This document shows positions 25,850-39,634 of a stretch of DNA of 64,000 bases, one piece after another. The position numbers and the translations under genes are program-made. The notes below the pieces were generated by a model. That model searched no databases. It had not been told where the DNA came from and saw only the letters and a list, made by a program, of their open reading frames with translations. Positions within the stretch are counted from its first letter, which is position 1. Every line of letters starts with the position of its first letter. The stretch comes from Sphagnum compactum (Eukaryota). The stretch covers positions 28,820,213 to 28,884,212 of the forward strand of contig OZ234493.1 in NCBI GenBank assembly GCA_965153455.1, given 5' to 3'.

Positions 25850-28800
25850 ATGCTGGGTCACATGGAAGGAGCCTGTGATGTAGCCAAAAGTGACAATGAT
25901 CCACCAAAGATTTAGCCAAATTTGGCTACAAGTTAAATAGGAAATTGTTTTAAAGGAAACATCCTTCTATATTTATGGCTACACACTTGAATCATATATA
26001 AAAATCTGGCATTTTTTTCCTAAAATTTGTGGTCCAATTCTGGCTAATAAAACTCTCAAAAAGCACTTGATTTTAGCACTTTTTAATTTTTAATATAGCC
26101 AGCAAAAAGAGGGGGCGGAGTTGAACATTCATCCAAATGTGAGACCAAATGAAACTACTCTGTATCAATTTGTAGTCTCTTCCTAAGGGGGGGCATAAGC
26201 TAATAAAGGATGAACAAGGGGTAAAGTGTCACACTTTGGCCTTGCCATTTACATTAAAAAGTAACTCAATGCAAAAGAAGAATTATGGAAACTCAAATAT
26301 TATTTCACCATGCAAAACTATATTACCTAATCTTCAAAAAAATCCTCTTAAAGAAAGAAAGCCAAAAATCCTTCAAGATATTATTATAACTCTATAATAA
26401 CTAATCTCAAGTTTTTAACACAACCCAAAAGATCATCTTTCAAAAATCCTCATATGAAAATAAATAGACCTATTATTATTATTTATTACCTAGGGGCCTA
26501 TAAAAATCCCTGAAGCTACTATATAACTCTGTAATGATGAATCTAAACACAATATATCCTTAAGGCCAACAAATTTACACAATGAGTGAGTGGATATCCC
26601 TTTCAATCTGTGACACCAAATTCCAATGATGGGATGTGTTCTGCCCCATCTGATGACTTCTTCCACAAGATGCATGGATCCATGATGGATGGATGGATGG
26701 ATGGATCCTGAATGGATGGATTCTGGGTGTGCTTCTACAACTTAATGAACACATCACAGTGAATGTCAGTTACTGGAGTGCTGCCCTGTTGTGTCAGTTT
26801 TCACACAGCAAAAATTTATTGCTGCTACTGACCTACCTATCTACTTACTTACCTATCTACTTATTTACTTACCTACTATCTACATGCCTAGCCTTGTTTG
26901 CTCTTGTCACACAAAGCTCTCCTTAAATTAATTTTTTAATGGTTTTTGGGTTTAGGGTTTTAAAACCTTCTAATCCCTCCACCCTTCTTGAGTGAGGCCT
27001 TTTATTTGGCTATGTTTAGTAAATGTTTAAATTTGGACTCAGAGACCCTGATTTAATCTTTAGGACCCAATCTTTTTTTACCATGGTTAGAAGCAACCTA
27101 AAAGAATTCAGAGCTTTTTTTACCATGGTACAAGTCAAGGTGCCAGTTCACCACCCAAGGCCCTCTTCCACCAACCTCACTTGCTATATTTTGTACAATA
27201 CTTTGAACATATGAATAGATGCAAAATTCAGTAGATGTGGAGGCAGGGTTTGCATCCATCCTGTCTAAAACCTCTGGCTTATTTATTGTTGACTCATGTA
27301 AATGTAACCCCAACCAGGCCTAATCCCAAGCCTTAATCCCAAGCAAATTGAAAAGCAAACAAAGGCCCCAAAAATAAACTTGTCACAAGGAAATACAATG
27401 TCAAGAAAAAGAAAGGGATGCAATATTATTTCATGTCACAAAATTTGTAGAAATGGAAATTAAAAGTGAAGAGAGCCAATGGGTATTTTAATATGATATA
27501 AATTATGTACATCAAGGCTTGTTTAGTAAGTTAAGGGCTTCCATTGGTTAACATATTTAACGTTTCTCCTCTCACTCCCAAATTAGGTTAGGGTAAGCAA
27601 GCCCCTAGTTGAACAAAGGTTGGTAATTGAATAGTCATCTCATGCATAGACTTCTTTACTACTAGTAATTGTGCTTTAAATTGTCTATTATTGAACATCC
27701 AATAGTTGATTATTGTGTTTAGAAATTTTGAAGGATTTGATTAATCACGGGTATTCTGCTATTCAAAAATGGATAAGTGAAAAAAAATTATTGAGAGACA
27801 TCTCGACAAAGTTCACAAAGTTGTGTTTGGTATGGGTATATTTGGTCATTTTAACTAGTGAGCAAATTGATTTGTAATAGGATCATACGGTCCCTCAAAT
27901 TAACAAAAAAAACTAATTGGTGATTGAAATGTGGGTACACCATGTAGAAAAAAATGTTTAATTTTCTTTAATGTTTAATGTTTAAAATGAAAAGGAAAAA
28001 ACAAGATATTGGTATAGGGGACCTTGGTACACCGTCAAAAGAAATGATGGATTAGTCAATGGAAAAGGGAATCACATAATTAACAAAGCAAATGTTTGGT
28101 GTTAAGGACCTTGGTACCACATATACACAATGAATAATTGGCCATTAAAAAGGGGTTTCACCAAAAATTGCAAACAAGTGAGTGTTGATGAAAGACAACA
28201 TCTAAAACCATATAGGGAAAAAATATACCATTGTGAATGGGAAAAATAAGGAAAATTTTGTATCTTTGGGCATTTTAGAAAACAAGCAAAAGGTTACATC
28301 CATTTAAACCTTAAAACATTATTCCCTATAGAATCCAATCTACACACTACTCAAGGATGTGATACATCATTAACAATATCCTCCCCTCCCCACCCCCCCC
28401 TCCCCCCCCCACACCAGTCTCCAAATCAAACACAATTTCCTTCCAAAATACACAAAGCAATAACAATTTGAATGCAAGAACGAATTGTGCATGGACATCG
28501 CATTCACTTGTGTAAAAACATAACATTTTTCAAGAATTTGTTCTTCAAGCATGTCCTCCTTACCATATAGTTTAGAAGTTGAACTACAAGGTTTTCTAAA
28601 GCTATTAATCCTCATGCAATTGTTTTGAAGCTTACAATAGAGAAATTTGAAATAAGTGGATAAGTGAAGGAAAAGTCAAGATCTGACTAAAAAACCAAAA
28701 GTAGACCATGAATACAAAAGAAAGTATTCAAAGTTCATGTACTATTGTAATTGGGTCCAAAAGTCTATAGTTTTACAAGTGTGATTGAATTCAAGAAAAA

Positions 28801-30154
28801 CATTTAACCACAGAAAGTTCCAAGTATGTTCCATCGCATTACACATGGATATTTATTCCCATGACCTACACATCAACAATACACCAAGAATTAGTTGGGA
28901 AAACTTTGTTGATTTCTACCATCTCATTGCTTTGTGCAAGAAACTACTATAAATGTATGATGTATAAACTTACCCAAACCTAATTTATGTTTTGCAATCT
29001 TAGCTTTACTATAGGAAAAAAAGGGACATACATCTTGTGGGATCGTTATGCACATCTTCTTTTACTTGGATGCTAAGGCCATGAGGAATAAGCATGAAAT
29101 TTTTTAGAAATGCAAGGGGAAGGCCAACATAAGGTACCAAGATGGAAAAGGACATGGGCACTCACGGACTACCTAGCATGTAGTTTCAATGTTCCAAAGC
29201 AGTAGTTGCACAGTAAACAATCAATTTTTTTGTGTCATAGGGGCAGTTTGGGAGGGGGGTGTTACCTTTAAGTTTAGTATAATATGTGTCGGGATATGAT
29301 TGAAAATTATAGAAAGGACTCATCTAACTAATTTATAACATTTGTAGAAACAAATTTATAAATTTGAAAATAAAATGTCATCATTTCATTACAAGACTAT
29401 TAAAGTGATGTAACATCTTTTGTCATAGTTCATTAAAAAAACTATGGACTTTTATTACATAGTAAACATGTGTGAAATGTTGATTTTTTCTTCCTAGTAT
29501 GGTTGTGAAACTATTGTAATGCTAAAATAAGGGTTTACAAGCAAGTTTAATATTTTAAATTATTTATGTAAGATTGTCAATAGTCCATGGTTTACTAAGA
29601 TGGAAAAAAAAATTATATATATATATATAAATGACATTATTACCTTACATAACATCCGCCAATTTAAGAAATTAAAAGACCCAGGTTTTTGTTTCTAACT
29701 TTTCCCCTAGCTAATCAAATTGAATCATATGTTACAATTTAAAAACTTGTAAGTTTAAAGGTTAGGTATTGCACTTGCCTCCTACTTTCAAATGGAAAAT
29801 TTTACATTCCCAAAACAACAAACATTTGAGTTAAAATTTCTGAAAAAACAAAATTTTGGACTCTACATGTGCCATTTTTGGTTCACCTTAATGTGCATTC
29901 ACCTAAACATGTAGTGGAATGGAGTGCAAGTCTTTGGACAAGATGACCAAAAGGACTAATAAACCCCACTTGTTACACTTGCCATTGTTAAGAGTTTTAT
30001 GTTTGTTACATGTTTACATTTTAATTACTATAGGTATATTGGGGTAAATTAGTTTGGAACCGATTACTAAAAGAAATCCCCAAAATGCAACCAATGCATT
30101 TACAATTATGTGCAACTAATTGTCATTTGCAATTAGTTTTTATTGGTTTTACAA

Positions 30155-32700
30155 CTATTCTTCATTGGATATTTCTTAGAACAAAAAGGATATAGATGCT
30201 TCAACCCTTCCACTCGAAAGTTGCAAGTGAGTATAAATGTTGTGTTTAATGAAATGGTTAGCTGGTACTCACCACTGAAGATAGCAAAAGATGGAGAGGC
30301 TATAAATGGTGATGTTTCATCAAATGTGGAACAAGAATCACAATTAATTAGTGGACCACAAGAGTCTTCAATTAGTGGGTCTAGTAGCACTCCATGGAAA
30401 GGAAGATTAAGATCTTCAAACATTGTACATGGTAGTTCTCAAACATCATTTTAAAAATTTCATGTAGATGGTGAGTCAAGTGATTCAGAGAAGAGTGTGG
30501 GTGAAGAATCAAGATTCCCTTTAGTTGCTACTCCTAGAGCTCAGATGGCCAAGAAAGCTTTGAAAACATTTGACAACAACAGTGGAGTACAAAGATCCAC
30601 ACGAGTCAAGTACCATGTACAAAGACTCACATATGATGGCTTTGTAGCTCATCATTACGCATACATGGTGAGAGTTATACAAGAGGTTGAACCCACTTGT
30701 TTTGAACAGGTGGTTGGAAACCTTAAATGGGACAATGCCACGAATGAAGAAATGGCGGCGTTGGATGCTAATGCTACTTGGGAATTGGTAGCTTTACCAA
30801 AGGACAAGAAAGTAATTGGGTGAAAATGGGTGTACAAGGTCAAGCACAAATTAGATGGGTCTGTGAGCAGATACAAAGCAAGATTGGTTGCCAAAGGTTA
30901 TGCCCAAACTTATGGCATAGACTATGAGGAGACCTATAATCCAGTTGCAAAAATGAAAATTGTAAGAGTAATCATTGTTATGGCAACAGCAAAAGGATGG
31001 TCTTTACATCAAATGGATGTAAAGAATGATTTTCTTCATGGAGATTTACAGGAAGAAGTGTACATGGAACAACCACCATGTTATGTTGACCAAACACATC
31101 CTAATTTGGTTTGTAGGTTGAAAAAGCTTTGTACGGCTTGAAACAAACACCTAGAGCTTGGTTAAACAAGATAGGTCAATATCTTGTCACAAGTGAATTT
31201 CAAACATCCAATGCAAATTTTTCACTATATGTGAAAAAGACAAATCGTGGGATTGTAGTCATAGTTGTCTATGTTAATGACTTGATTATCACAGGAGATA
31301 GTGATGTAGACATTTTTTATTTGAAGAAGCTTTTGAAGCAAAAGTTTGAGATGAAGGATTTGGGAGAGTTGTGTTACTTCCTTGGCATTGAGGTAATCCA
31401 GTCCCCTAAAGGGATATGGTTACTACAAAGGCAATATGCCTTGAACAAATTGTCGGAATATGGGATGACAAGTTGCAAACCCATTTCAATCCCATTGCAG
31501 CAAAATGTGAAGTTAAGTGCAGATGAAGGAAACCTTGTGGAGGATACCACTATGTACATGCGCATAATGGGGAGTTTGATTTACATGACCATCACAAGGC
31601 CAAATTTGAGTTATGAAGTTGGAGTGGTGAGTCAATTCATGCAAACTCCACGAAAGCCACATTTGGATGTAGTGAGGCGCATACTGAAATACATAAAACA
31701 TACTCTGCAATGTGGAATTTTTTATGAAGCCAAGAGCCAGTTACAAGTACGTGGATACACGGATGTTGGTTGGGCTGGCAATGTTTCAGATAGAAGATCA
31801 ACTAGTGGTTTCATGTTTTCTTTTGGAAGTGGTGCTGTTAGTTGGAGTAGTAAGAAACAACCAACAATTGCACTATCAAGCACGGAGGCAGAATACAAAG
31901 GTGCAACAATTGCTGCATGTGAAGTAGTTTGATTACAAAAACTACTCTTAGATTTGGGATAGTTAGTGGATGCTCCTGTTGTCATTTATTGTGATAACAT
32001 TAGTAGCATACTACTTGTTAACAACCCGGTCTATCATGTTAGGACAACCACTTTATTAGAGAAAAAGTTCTAGCAAGAGAAATTAACCTTATTCATGTTA
32101 GTACTGAAGGTCAAGTTGTTGACATTTTCATAAAGGCTTTAGGTACAGACAAGCTATGGAAGTTTAGAAAAATGTTTAGTGTACTAGAAGTGGATTTGAG
32201 CTTGAGGGGGAGTGTTGAGAATTCAAGCTCAATTAGTTAGGTTTCATTGTTACTAGAGTAAGAAAGTAACTAGGTTACTTTTACAAGGTTGAATTACTTT
32301 CTTTACTTATATTAGTTTGGTTATTTGTGGTTTGGTCTTTTAGTTAAATACCTTGGTGTTGATGGTTTGGTTCTCTTTTCTTCATTGCACAAGTTTGTGT
32401 ATTTCATGTGACAAGAACCTTGAGTTCTTGATGTTATGTTCCATGTTGTGAGCATCGTGTTTTAGTTTCCTTTCAATAAAGATTTATGTTTGCACTTGAC
32501 TAGATCTCCTATTTGTTAACATTTCATGGTATTCTAGTTTTGAAGCCTTCTTTTCCTTCCCATCTTCTGTATGGCCTATGACCTCATAGCTTATACTTCT
32601 CCAAGATAACAAGCTTTGAGTCTGAACTTTCTCTAAACAAATCCTTAAAATATTAATCCCACAATTTTGACATTCACTTAGCAAACAACATCTAACATGC
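30155..32700 (+). mobile_element. 5'-truncated Ty1/Copia LTR retrotransposon (integrase C-terminus, RT, RNase H, PPT, 3' LTR)
   Basis: FIGY...KGYRCFNP, YKARLVAKGYAQTYGIDYEETY, QMDVKNDFLHG, YVNDLII (catalytic YVDD mutated), DRRSTSG...VSWSSKKQPTIALSSTEAEY. Stops and frameshifts present. PPT GAGGGGGAG at 32204-32212, LTR starts TGTTG at 32213. LTR end uncertain (about 32526 or 32697). Confidence 0.95.
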
Positions 32701-33499
32701 CCATGTGACATTTTTGGCTTTGGATAAACAATTGATGTCCGTAAAATAGTGAGACTAGAAAAAGTATAGGAGCTGGCACCACACATATATGTTGTCATCG
32801 TTGTTGTTTACTGGGAATTATAGATGTCACCACATCTATAAGTACAATTTGTGTGAATGCCATGTCCTTCAATGCTCATGTCATGTATTCCATGTAGTAG
32901 CTCCTTCTTAACTCTGTATGGTATTAGCAATAACATGTATTCCAAGCTTTTAATCAACTTATAAACCAAGGCTTCAGTGCTTGGAATGATGTGAACATCA
33001 ATGAATTTTTTGGATATTTGGCCTTGAAGGTAGTAAATAATTCAAGTTGCAACATCATAATTAAAAAGAAAAGTTAATTCCCATGAAATCGTTTTCTTAT
33101 GTACAACTAGACTTGGTTAGGCTTTTACTAAGTGACATATGCAAATGTATAAGAACTTGGTATCGGTAATTAAACATAGGCCCACATCTTGAAACTTGAT
33201 GAAAAACCCGTAATGCCTAGACAACATCACATCGGGCTACAATTATACAAATTTGAGCCATGCATCCATTAACATTTAAATTTAAACAAAACTACAAAGT
33301 TTTGAAACTTAATTCATATGGACATGAAGCTCAAAGTTAGTTTTAAAATTGAACCTAGGTGGATTTCAAGACATTTAACAAATCTCTTTGTTTTGATTGA
33401 AAGGATTTCAATCCTTTAAGTTTTGATTTCTAAAGGTATTTTTCAATTTACAAAATTTTACAACAAATCAAAAGGTATTAAGGTAATTAAATTGTTAGA

Positions 33500-33670
33500 G
33501 GACAAATGCAATATGATATGATTCTACAACCTTTAATCCCACAATTGACAAATGCAATTTACTACAACCTTTAAACCTACAATGGACATATGCAATTGCT
33601 GCAACCTTTAAACCTATAATGGATTAATGTAGTATGCTGCACCCTTTAAACCTATAACAAATGCAGTATG
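33500..33670 (+). repeat. Tandem repeat, about 38-bp unit, 4-5 copies
   Basis: tgcaat...ctacaacctttaaacctacaatggac-like units repeated. Confidence 0.75.
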
Positions 33671-33709
33671 TTGCTAAATGTATAAAAGAAAGATTGATGA
33701 AAATGCACG

Positions 33710-34330
33710 TGCGAAACTTAAAGATAGTGGCAAGCACGCTTCTCATTTAACTTTACACCAATGCGCCACCTTACAACATCCTTTTTGTTAGGGGATATCA
33801 TCATCTCATTTGTCCACCATTGGATGACAATGTCCTTGATTACTTGTGGCAAGGAATCAAACCTTTTTCCTCACCTTTGACCAACTCAATCAAACAATTT
33901 CATGATCCTTCATCCATGATTACAAATGCAAAAGTTTTGACAAAGTTGTTTGTTATTACAATGTGTTTTCATTTGCACGAAATGAGGAGCAACAACTACT
34001 ATACGACACTAGGAGAAGACCTTATCCAATCAAGAACAAGGGTTCATGTTAATGCCAACACCTGCACAATGCACACAAACAACAAGGGGCAGGCTTCAAT
34101 GCACACCAACACCTACACACACAACAATCTAAAGTTAAAACATATGTACCTTCAACACACTTTAGGAACACTAGAGGACAACCCACAAACAATGACCATA
34201 AGAGGTTCACACGCCATAGTTGCAAATGCTTTGCATGCTAAAAAGAAACTGGGCCATAGAGCAAGAAACGAAGTTGCAAGAATTCAACTTGCACATGGAG
34301 AGGGAAAGGAGATCACACCATAGCTGTAGG
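33710..34330 (-). pseudogene. DNA-transposon-derived coding fragment (possibly Sola2-like transposase N-terminal region)
   Basis: Minus strand reads DSLPQVIKDIVIQWWTNEMMISPNKKDVVRWRIGVKLNEKRACHYL*. The SP.KKD.V motif resembles Sola-type transposases as I recall them. Surrounding frames are disrupted. Confidence 0.4.
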
Positions 34331-35332
34331 AGCTTCGTGCATTAAAGAGAAATTGGATTGCCAAATAGGAAATGAGTTTATGGGAATTCAACCCGTGAGG
34401 AAATGGAAGGGGTTTGCATGTTAGAAAGAAATTGAACTACAAAATGAAAAATGAGTATGTGGGAATCCGACCCACACGTGGAGAGGAGAGGGAAGGGGGA
34501 GGGGGTAGGGGGGTTTTGGAGTGGCGCCACGTGGTAGACTGACAGCTAATTTAAGGTTTAACAAACCTTTAGGGTTTGATAACCAAACAATGCTTTGCAT
34601 TTTTTAGGGTTTTGATTGAATGAAAATATATAGTTCTTTGTTTGGTCATGATTAATTTGAGCTTGATATTGTTTGGTCAAGAAAAATGTTTAGTGACTTT
34701 TTTTTGTTGGGACAATGAGACCGAGAACTTCCAAAGGCCATATCTTTTACATCTCTAGTCCAAATACAACAATCTAAAGCACACTAGGAGTGTGCCCGTA
34801 ACTCCTTTATAACTCATTTTAATTTGGACCTTAGAGGCAATCAAGGTTTACTCAAATCACAAAGTTCCTTTGTATTTTTAAATGTACTATGTCCGGCCAA
34901 TTTACCCTACCACTTTTGCACAAATTTGATTCACCTTACCATCATTTGCCTCATATATCAATGGAAAAAGTTTGCTAAGGAATTAACCTTTTGGGTTGGG
35001 ATTCACAAAAAAGGTTTTTACGGAAATGTTGTGAATTCAAGTAAAATGAGTTGGCATTGTTATGAGTGAGGTTTGAGGGTTGTGAATAGTTAAATTGGAC
35101 TTACCTTTCAACATTTATTGTATTGTATTAGTCAAAAGAATATGTTGGGTTCATGAGCATGGGAGTGTGAAAATATGATATTATTGTTGATATGGTGTTG
35201 TTGATGGTGAATCTGATCTTGAAGGAAAATGGGAGACTAAGGAAGGAGGATTTACACATGAGGGACCTAATTCCAAATAATAGCAACATTAGTGTTTGGT
35301 GGAAACATATTGGATGAAAGCAAACTTGCTAA

Positions 35333-35463
35333 CATTAGAAAAAAACTATCGTTTGTGATCAATTTTTGTAATTAAATAATGTTTTTTGCAACTGAAAAAC
35401 AATTGCAAACAATATTTTTTAGTTACAAAGATTGGTTACAAAAAACCAACATTTCTTCTAATG
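35333..35463. mobile_element. CACTA-like MITE (131 bp)
   Basis: Ends CATTAGAAAAAAA...TTTCTTCTAATG with a perfect 3-bp TSD TAA on both sides. Internal ttgcaact/agttaca subrepeats also occur at about 2960-3110, 4640-4970 and 30060-30155. Confidence 0.65.
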
Positions 35464-37006
35464 TAATTTTGTGATTTGTTGTTTAGTGCTTGTAAATGTG
35501 TCCATGTGAAATTGAAATCAATTTATTCAATAAACAATTATATTTACTCATATCAAAATTTTGGTGAAGTTTGCTAGTCAAAACTCTAATAACAAAACAC
35601 TTGTCTATTGTTGCAATTAAATTGTGTTGCATGGTTATGTTTAGTAGGTATTGTGTCGTAAAATGTTGCAATAGTTCTTAAAGTTGCATTGTCCCTACTT
35701 TTTGGTTAGAACTAAACCTGGTGCAAGCGCCTTGATTTACAAAGATGGCTCTAATAAGTTCTATAAGTTGAGTTATGAACGGCTTGAGAAAGTTTTTAGA
35801 TTAAGCCATTTAGGTTTTGATTATGGGGTTATGATTTGGAGATGCTTTGCATACCATGACCCAACTATTCATGTTTTTTCTTGTAAGTTTGACATGTGTA
35901 TAATTAATATTTTGAAAAGACCATACATGCCCAAGATACTCACCTAACATTGGTTTAGATCTATGTTGGGCCAATTATTACCCTTTTCTTTGAATTGTTG
36001 CGGGTCGATTTTTTTTTATTTTTTAATTTAAATCGGTGCCACATAAGGTATCAATAACCAAAAATAATAATTTAAGTTTTTTATACCCAAGTATTATCAA
36101 TTTCCTTGTGAAACTAGTTACCCCATTACTAATTAACTTAATTTTATTTTTGGTACTACCTACCTATCGTGCATATGGGTTGATTATCAAATACTCACTT
36201 TGAAAATTGCCTAGTATACTACCTATGTAAGGTTCTAGTGTCAACATTGGCTTAAACTCAATGCACTAAAAATGTTGGGGAAGGACTATACTTGCCCCAC
36301 ATATTTGTCTAACACTAGCTTAAACAAGTGTAAAAATGGAAACTCATAACCAACAATTTGGAAGGTGTTCTCAAAGATGAGTAAGCATACTTCTCCAACA
36401 ACTTGAGAATTAATTCTAACATATAACCACATTTCTCAAAAAATCTGAGAACTAGTCAAATAACCTTATATAAAGTTGTCAATTCCTTGTCAAGTATTTC
36501 CTAGAAACCACCAAGTTCTTTGCTTCAAAAGGTCATTGAAATTTTTGAACTTTTGAACTTAAAATGTTGGAGAAGGAACATACCCTCCCCCAACATACTT
36601 GCCTAAGGGCATCTTTAGCAGGTGCAATAAAAGGCCACAATACAATAAAAACTGGATGAAAGTCACAATAAAGTAGTGAAAAAAAAATGTTGGACGGGCA
36701 AACTTGCATAAGTAACCAATAAACATGGTTTTCATTGGCCAACATTTAAATATTTCCACTTGGTAAATCATTATGTTTAAATTCATTGGCCAACCATGAT
36801 TATTGACCCAAGTGGAGAGATTTAAGTAACCTCTCACTTTTGTGCAGTCCACTTTTGCTGTATAGTTTTTGATGGGTGACAATGGGAAAGGATTTAGCAC
36901 ACTGCATGTTGGATATCACAAATATTCATACAGACCCTAATTAAAGAGTCCTCCTGGAGATGCTCTAAGAGGATTCTTAGAGCTGGAGATGCTGGAGATA
37001 ATCTAA

Positions 37007-37377
37007 GAGCATCTCTACAGGTGCTCAGTATGTGACTCCAGACAGTATAATTTATTGCAAAAAAGTCAAAAATGTGCCGGTTTAGCTCAGGAAATTGGTT
37101 TTTCTGCACCAAATTTGTGCAGCTTGCCGTGGCTGGTAAGAGGAGCAACACAGTTGTGGACCTCCAAAAAAGAGTCTAATAAATTTGACCTGACTGTGGC
37201 TCAGTATTTCTGATTGGTCGATCATAATGATCGGTCCAGGTGGTTTGCTATTAGCAGTCCCCACGTATATGCAGTTCCAGTTACAATTTTATTGGTGGGA
37301 TTGCCAAAAAAACAGCTAAACTCAGACATTTAATTTTATTATCCAGAGTGACATACTGAGCACCGGTGGAGATGCTC
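37007..37377. mobile_element. Tourist (PIF/Harbinger) MITE with long TIRs
   Basis: GAGCATCTCTACAGGTGCTCAGTATGTGACTC...GAGTGACATACTGAGCACCGGTGGAGATGCTC, with TAA TSD at 37004-37006 and 37378-37380. Confidence 0.9.
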
Positions 37378-38613
37378 TAACACTGGAACCCATTACCCAA
37401 TAGACCAAAATTGTTGGAAGAGTGAATGCATTTATATTTTACGTTTATTATATTTATTATTTGATGACAATTGTTACTTTAAAAAGCAAAGCACTAAACA
37501 TCTGTCCTACAAAACTCACTAGATTAATAATGCCTTGGTGGGTCTGCCTCAGTGTTGTGTGTGGGTATTTGATCTGGTAATGACTCCCTGTTCAAGCTCT
37601 TTGGAATTTTACCGATCAAAGAACCGCCGGTTCTTGTTGTTTCAGAAAACCGTACTGAATCCAATGGTTTTCATGGAAGAACTGGCAAAATAAATTGGAC
37701 AATTATCTAATACCCTTTTGAAATGGTCGTTTGACACATGTAGATCCCAAACTTTACACTAAATGTCCTCCTGAGCCATTACAAAAATTTATAGATCAAT
37801 AAAAATGATGTTGGGAAAATCTTCAAACCCTAAATTTGAGGAAATTGGACAAAGTAGCAAGGTTGGGGTGGTGTTTTATTACAATGTTTAGAAAGGTATA
37901 TAATTATTTTATTATCTATAACCATCAACCACCAATAAAAATTTGAAACAATGGTTGTTATGCCAAAGAAAAGTCTATTGGGTGTGTGTATAACTTAAAA
38001 ACCAAGTCTTACTAAAGAGTGCATTGAATATGCTCATATTTGCAACTAAGTATGGATGACATGATGCATGTGTCTTTGTAGTTGTGTTCAATCCATTCTA
38101 GAATTTGTGGGTGATGTTTTGTTTGAGTTAACCTTGCTGATTTTCTTTTGGCCTATGAAAAAATGATTTATTTATTTTTTAGATCTTAATCCTAAGTTTT
38201 TAAAGTGAAGTTTAAAAACCGGCTTAATATAACCGACTAATCTAAATGAATTAAGAACTGGTTGGCCATGAGGGGAAAAAAGAAGAAGAATCGGATAAAG
38301 TATGAATTATTATTTTTTAAAAATGAGAACCATCTTGGTTCTTGATTTATTTTTTTAAATTTGAGAACTGGAACAACATGAAATAAAGTTAATAATCACC
38401 CAACACTGCTAAATACCCCCTAATTAACTTTGTCTGCCACATTTTTGGGCTTGTCGTCTTTTTGGCTCTTTTCACACATTGCATGATTTTATGCAAAATT
38501 GTGCTACATGGTTTTTCTTGTTTTGCAAAAAGTTTTTTATTTAAATTTTTTTTGCATATATGTTTTGTTGTCACATACCAACTTCAAACTTAGCACCTCT
38601 CAAGAGACACTGA

Positions 38614-38806
38614 AGGTCATGCACACTTGATGGTAAGTTAGTGTTAGGTGAAAATCTAGGTGACATCCTAGGTGGCACTGAATGATAGCTTAATGTTAAT
38701 TGAATGTTTGAAAATTTCATAGTAAGTGAATTTAGGTCTTCAATAACAAGCTTTGTGTTAGGGGGACTAAACACTAGAGTACCCAACACCAAGTGTGAAT
38801 GCACCT
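38614..38806 (+). mobile_element. PIF/Harbinger MITE, copy 2 (same family as 2616-2828)
   Basis: Shares gtgaaaatctaggtg..ctaggtggcac and the right TIR caccaagtgtgaatgcacct. TGA TSD on both sides. Confidence 0.8.
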
Positions 38807-39016
38807 TGAGCATACCAACTAGCATCTACCTTTCGGCTATGAACAATAGCATTATTATTATTTATTTAACATAAAAGCAAGGTCAAATTCGTCAAACCTG
38901 GGACATATTCAAGCAACTTTGCACAAGGTAAAAGCATTATCAACCCACTTTTTGCATCCAACAAAGCTCATTAGAGAGTGTTTAGCATCTTCCTTCAAAA
39001 TCTATTCACAACATAT

Positions 39017-39617
39017 GGCCCCCACTCATTAAAGATATGAGTAAAGTCACTCTGTCTTCCCCGTGTCTTTCACCCCCTAACCCCCTCTCTTTTGGTGGTG
39101 TCCGCAAAGTAAGGAAATTTTATTAAATCTCAGTATGAAATGCTGAAACTCAGTGCGAACTGCTGAATCTCAGCATTTAATGCACAAGGTTTGAGAGGAA
39201 TCATAGTAGCAAGTTTAAGCGCGAAATGCTGAATCTCAGCATTTAATGCACAAGGTTTGAGAGGAATCATAGTAGCTGTACAGGTAGGAGCAGTGAAAAT
39301 CTATGTAGCAGCAGTGGAGCCGCTCAGGAAAAAACAAAGAGAGGGTGAAGAAACTCTGGAAAACATCAAAATTGATGATTTTTCTGAGTTTCAACCTCGG
39401 TTGAATGCTAATGTACTTTTTTGCAGGTTTTTTGGGAATCTCACCCTGTGTATGACCAAACTCGGGGTACTGACCTTGTCTTTTCCTGACTTTACGGATA
39501 TCTCTATTGTGTATTGGCTATGCTCCTTAGCCAAGTTCAAACCAACAATAGTTAAAATAGGAAATGTCTTGCAAAGTTCCAAAAAAATGAAACTCACACC
39601 TAACGGAGGGTAAAGCC
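39017..39617 (+). repeat. Dispersed MITE-like repeat, copy 2, with an internal duplication of about 65 bp
   Basis: Inverted homologue of 2098-2570. tgctgaatctcagcatttaatgcacaaggtttgagaggaatcatagtagc occurs twice (about 39161 and 39227). Confidence 0.7.
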
Positions 39618-39634
39618 TGAAGGCAAGGGCATTA

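Noticed and set aside
23600..27400. MIRNA locus
   Set aside because: No match by eye to conserved land-plant miRNAs (156, 160, 166, 171, 319, 390, 408, 529, 535, 536); only microsatellites and MITEs seen.
28370..28900. Host gene fragment
   Set aside because: Short, disrupted and AT-rich with no recognisable motif; probably TE debris but unassignable.
30143..31932. Active retrotransposon ORFs
   Set aside because: Several stops and frameshifts, YVDD changed to YVND, and no gag or 5' LTR.
33820..34323. 167-aa plus-strand ORF
   Set aside because: Antisense to the transposon-like fragment and not protein-like in composition.
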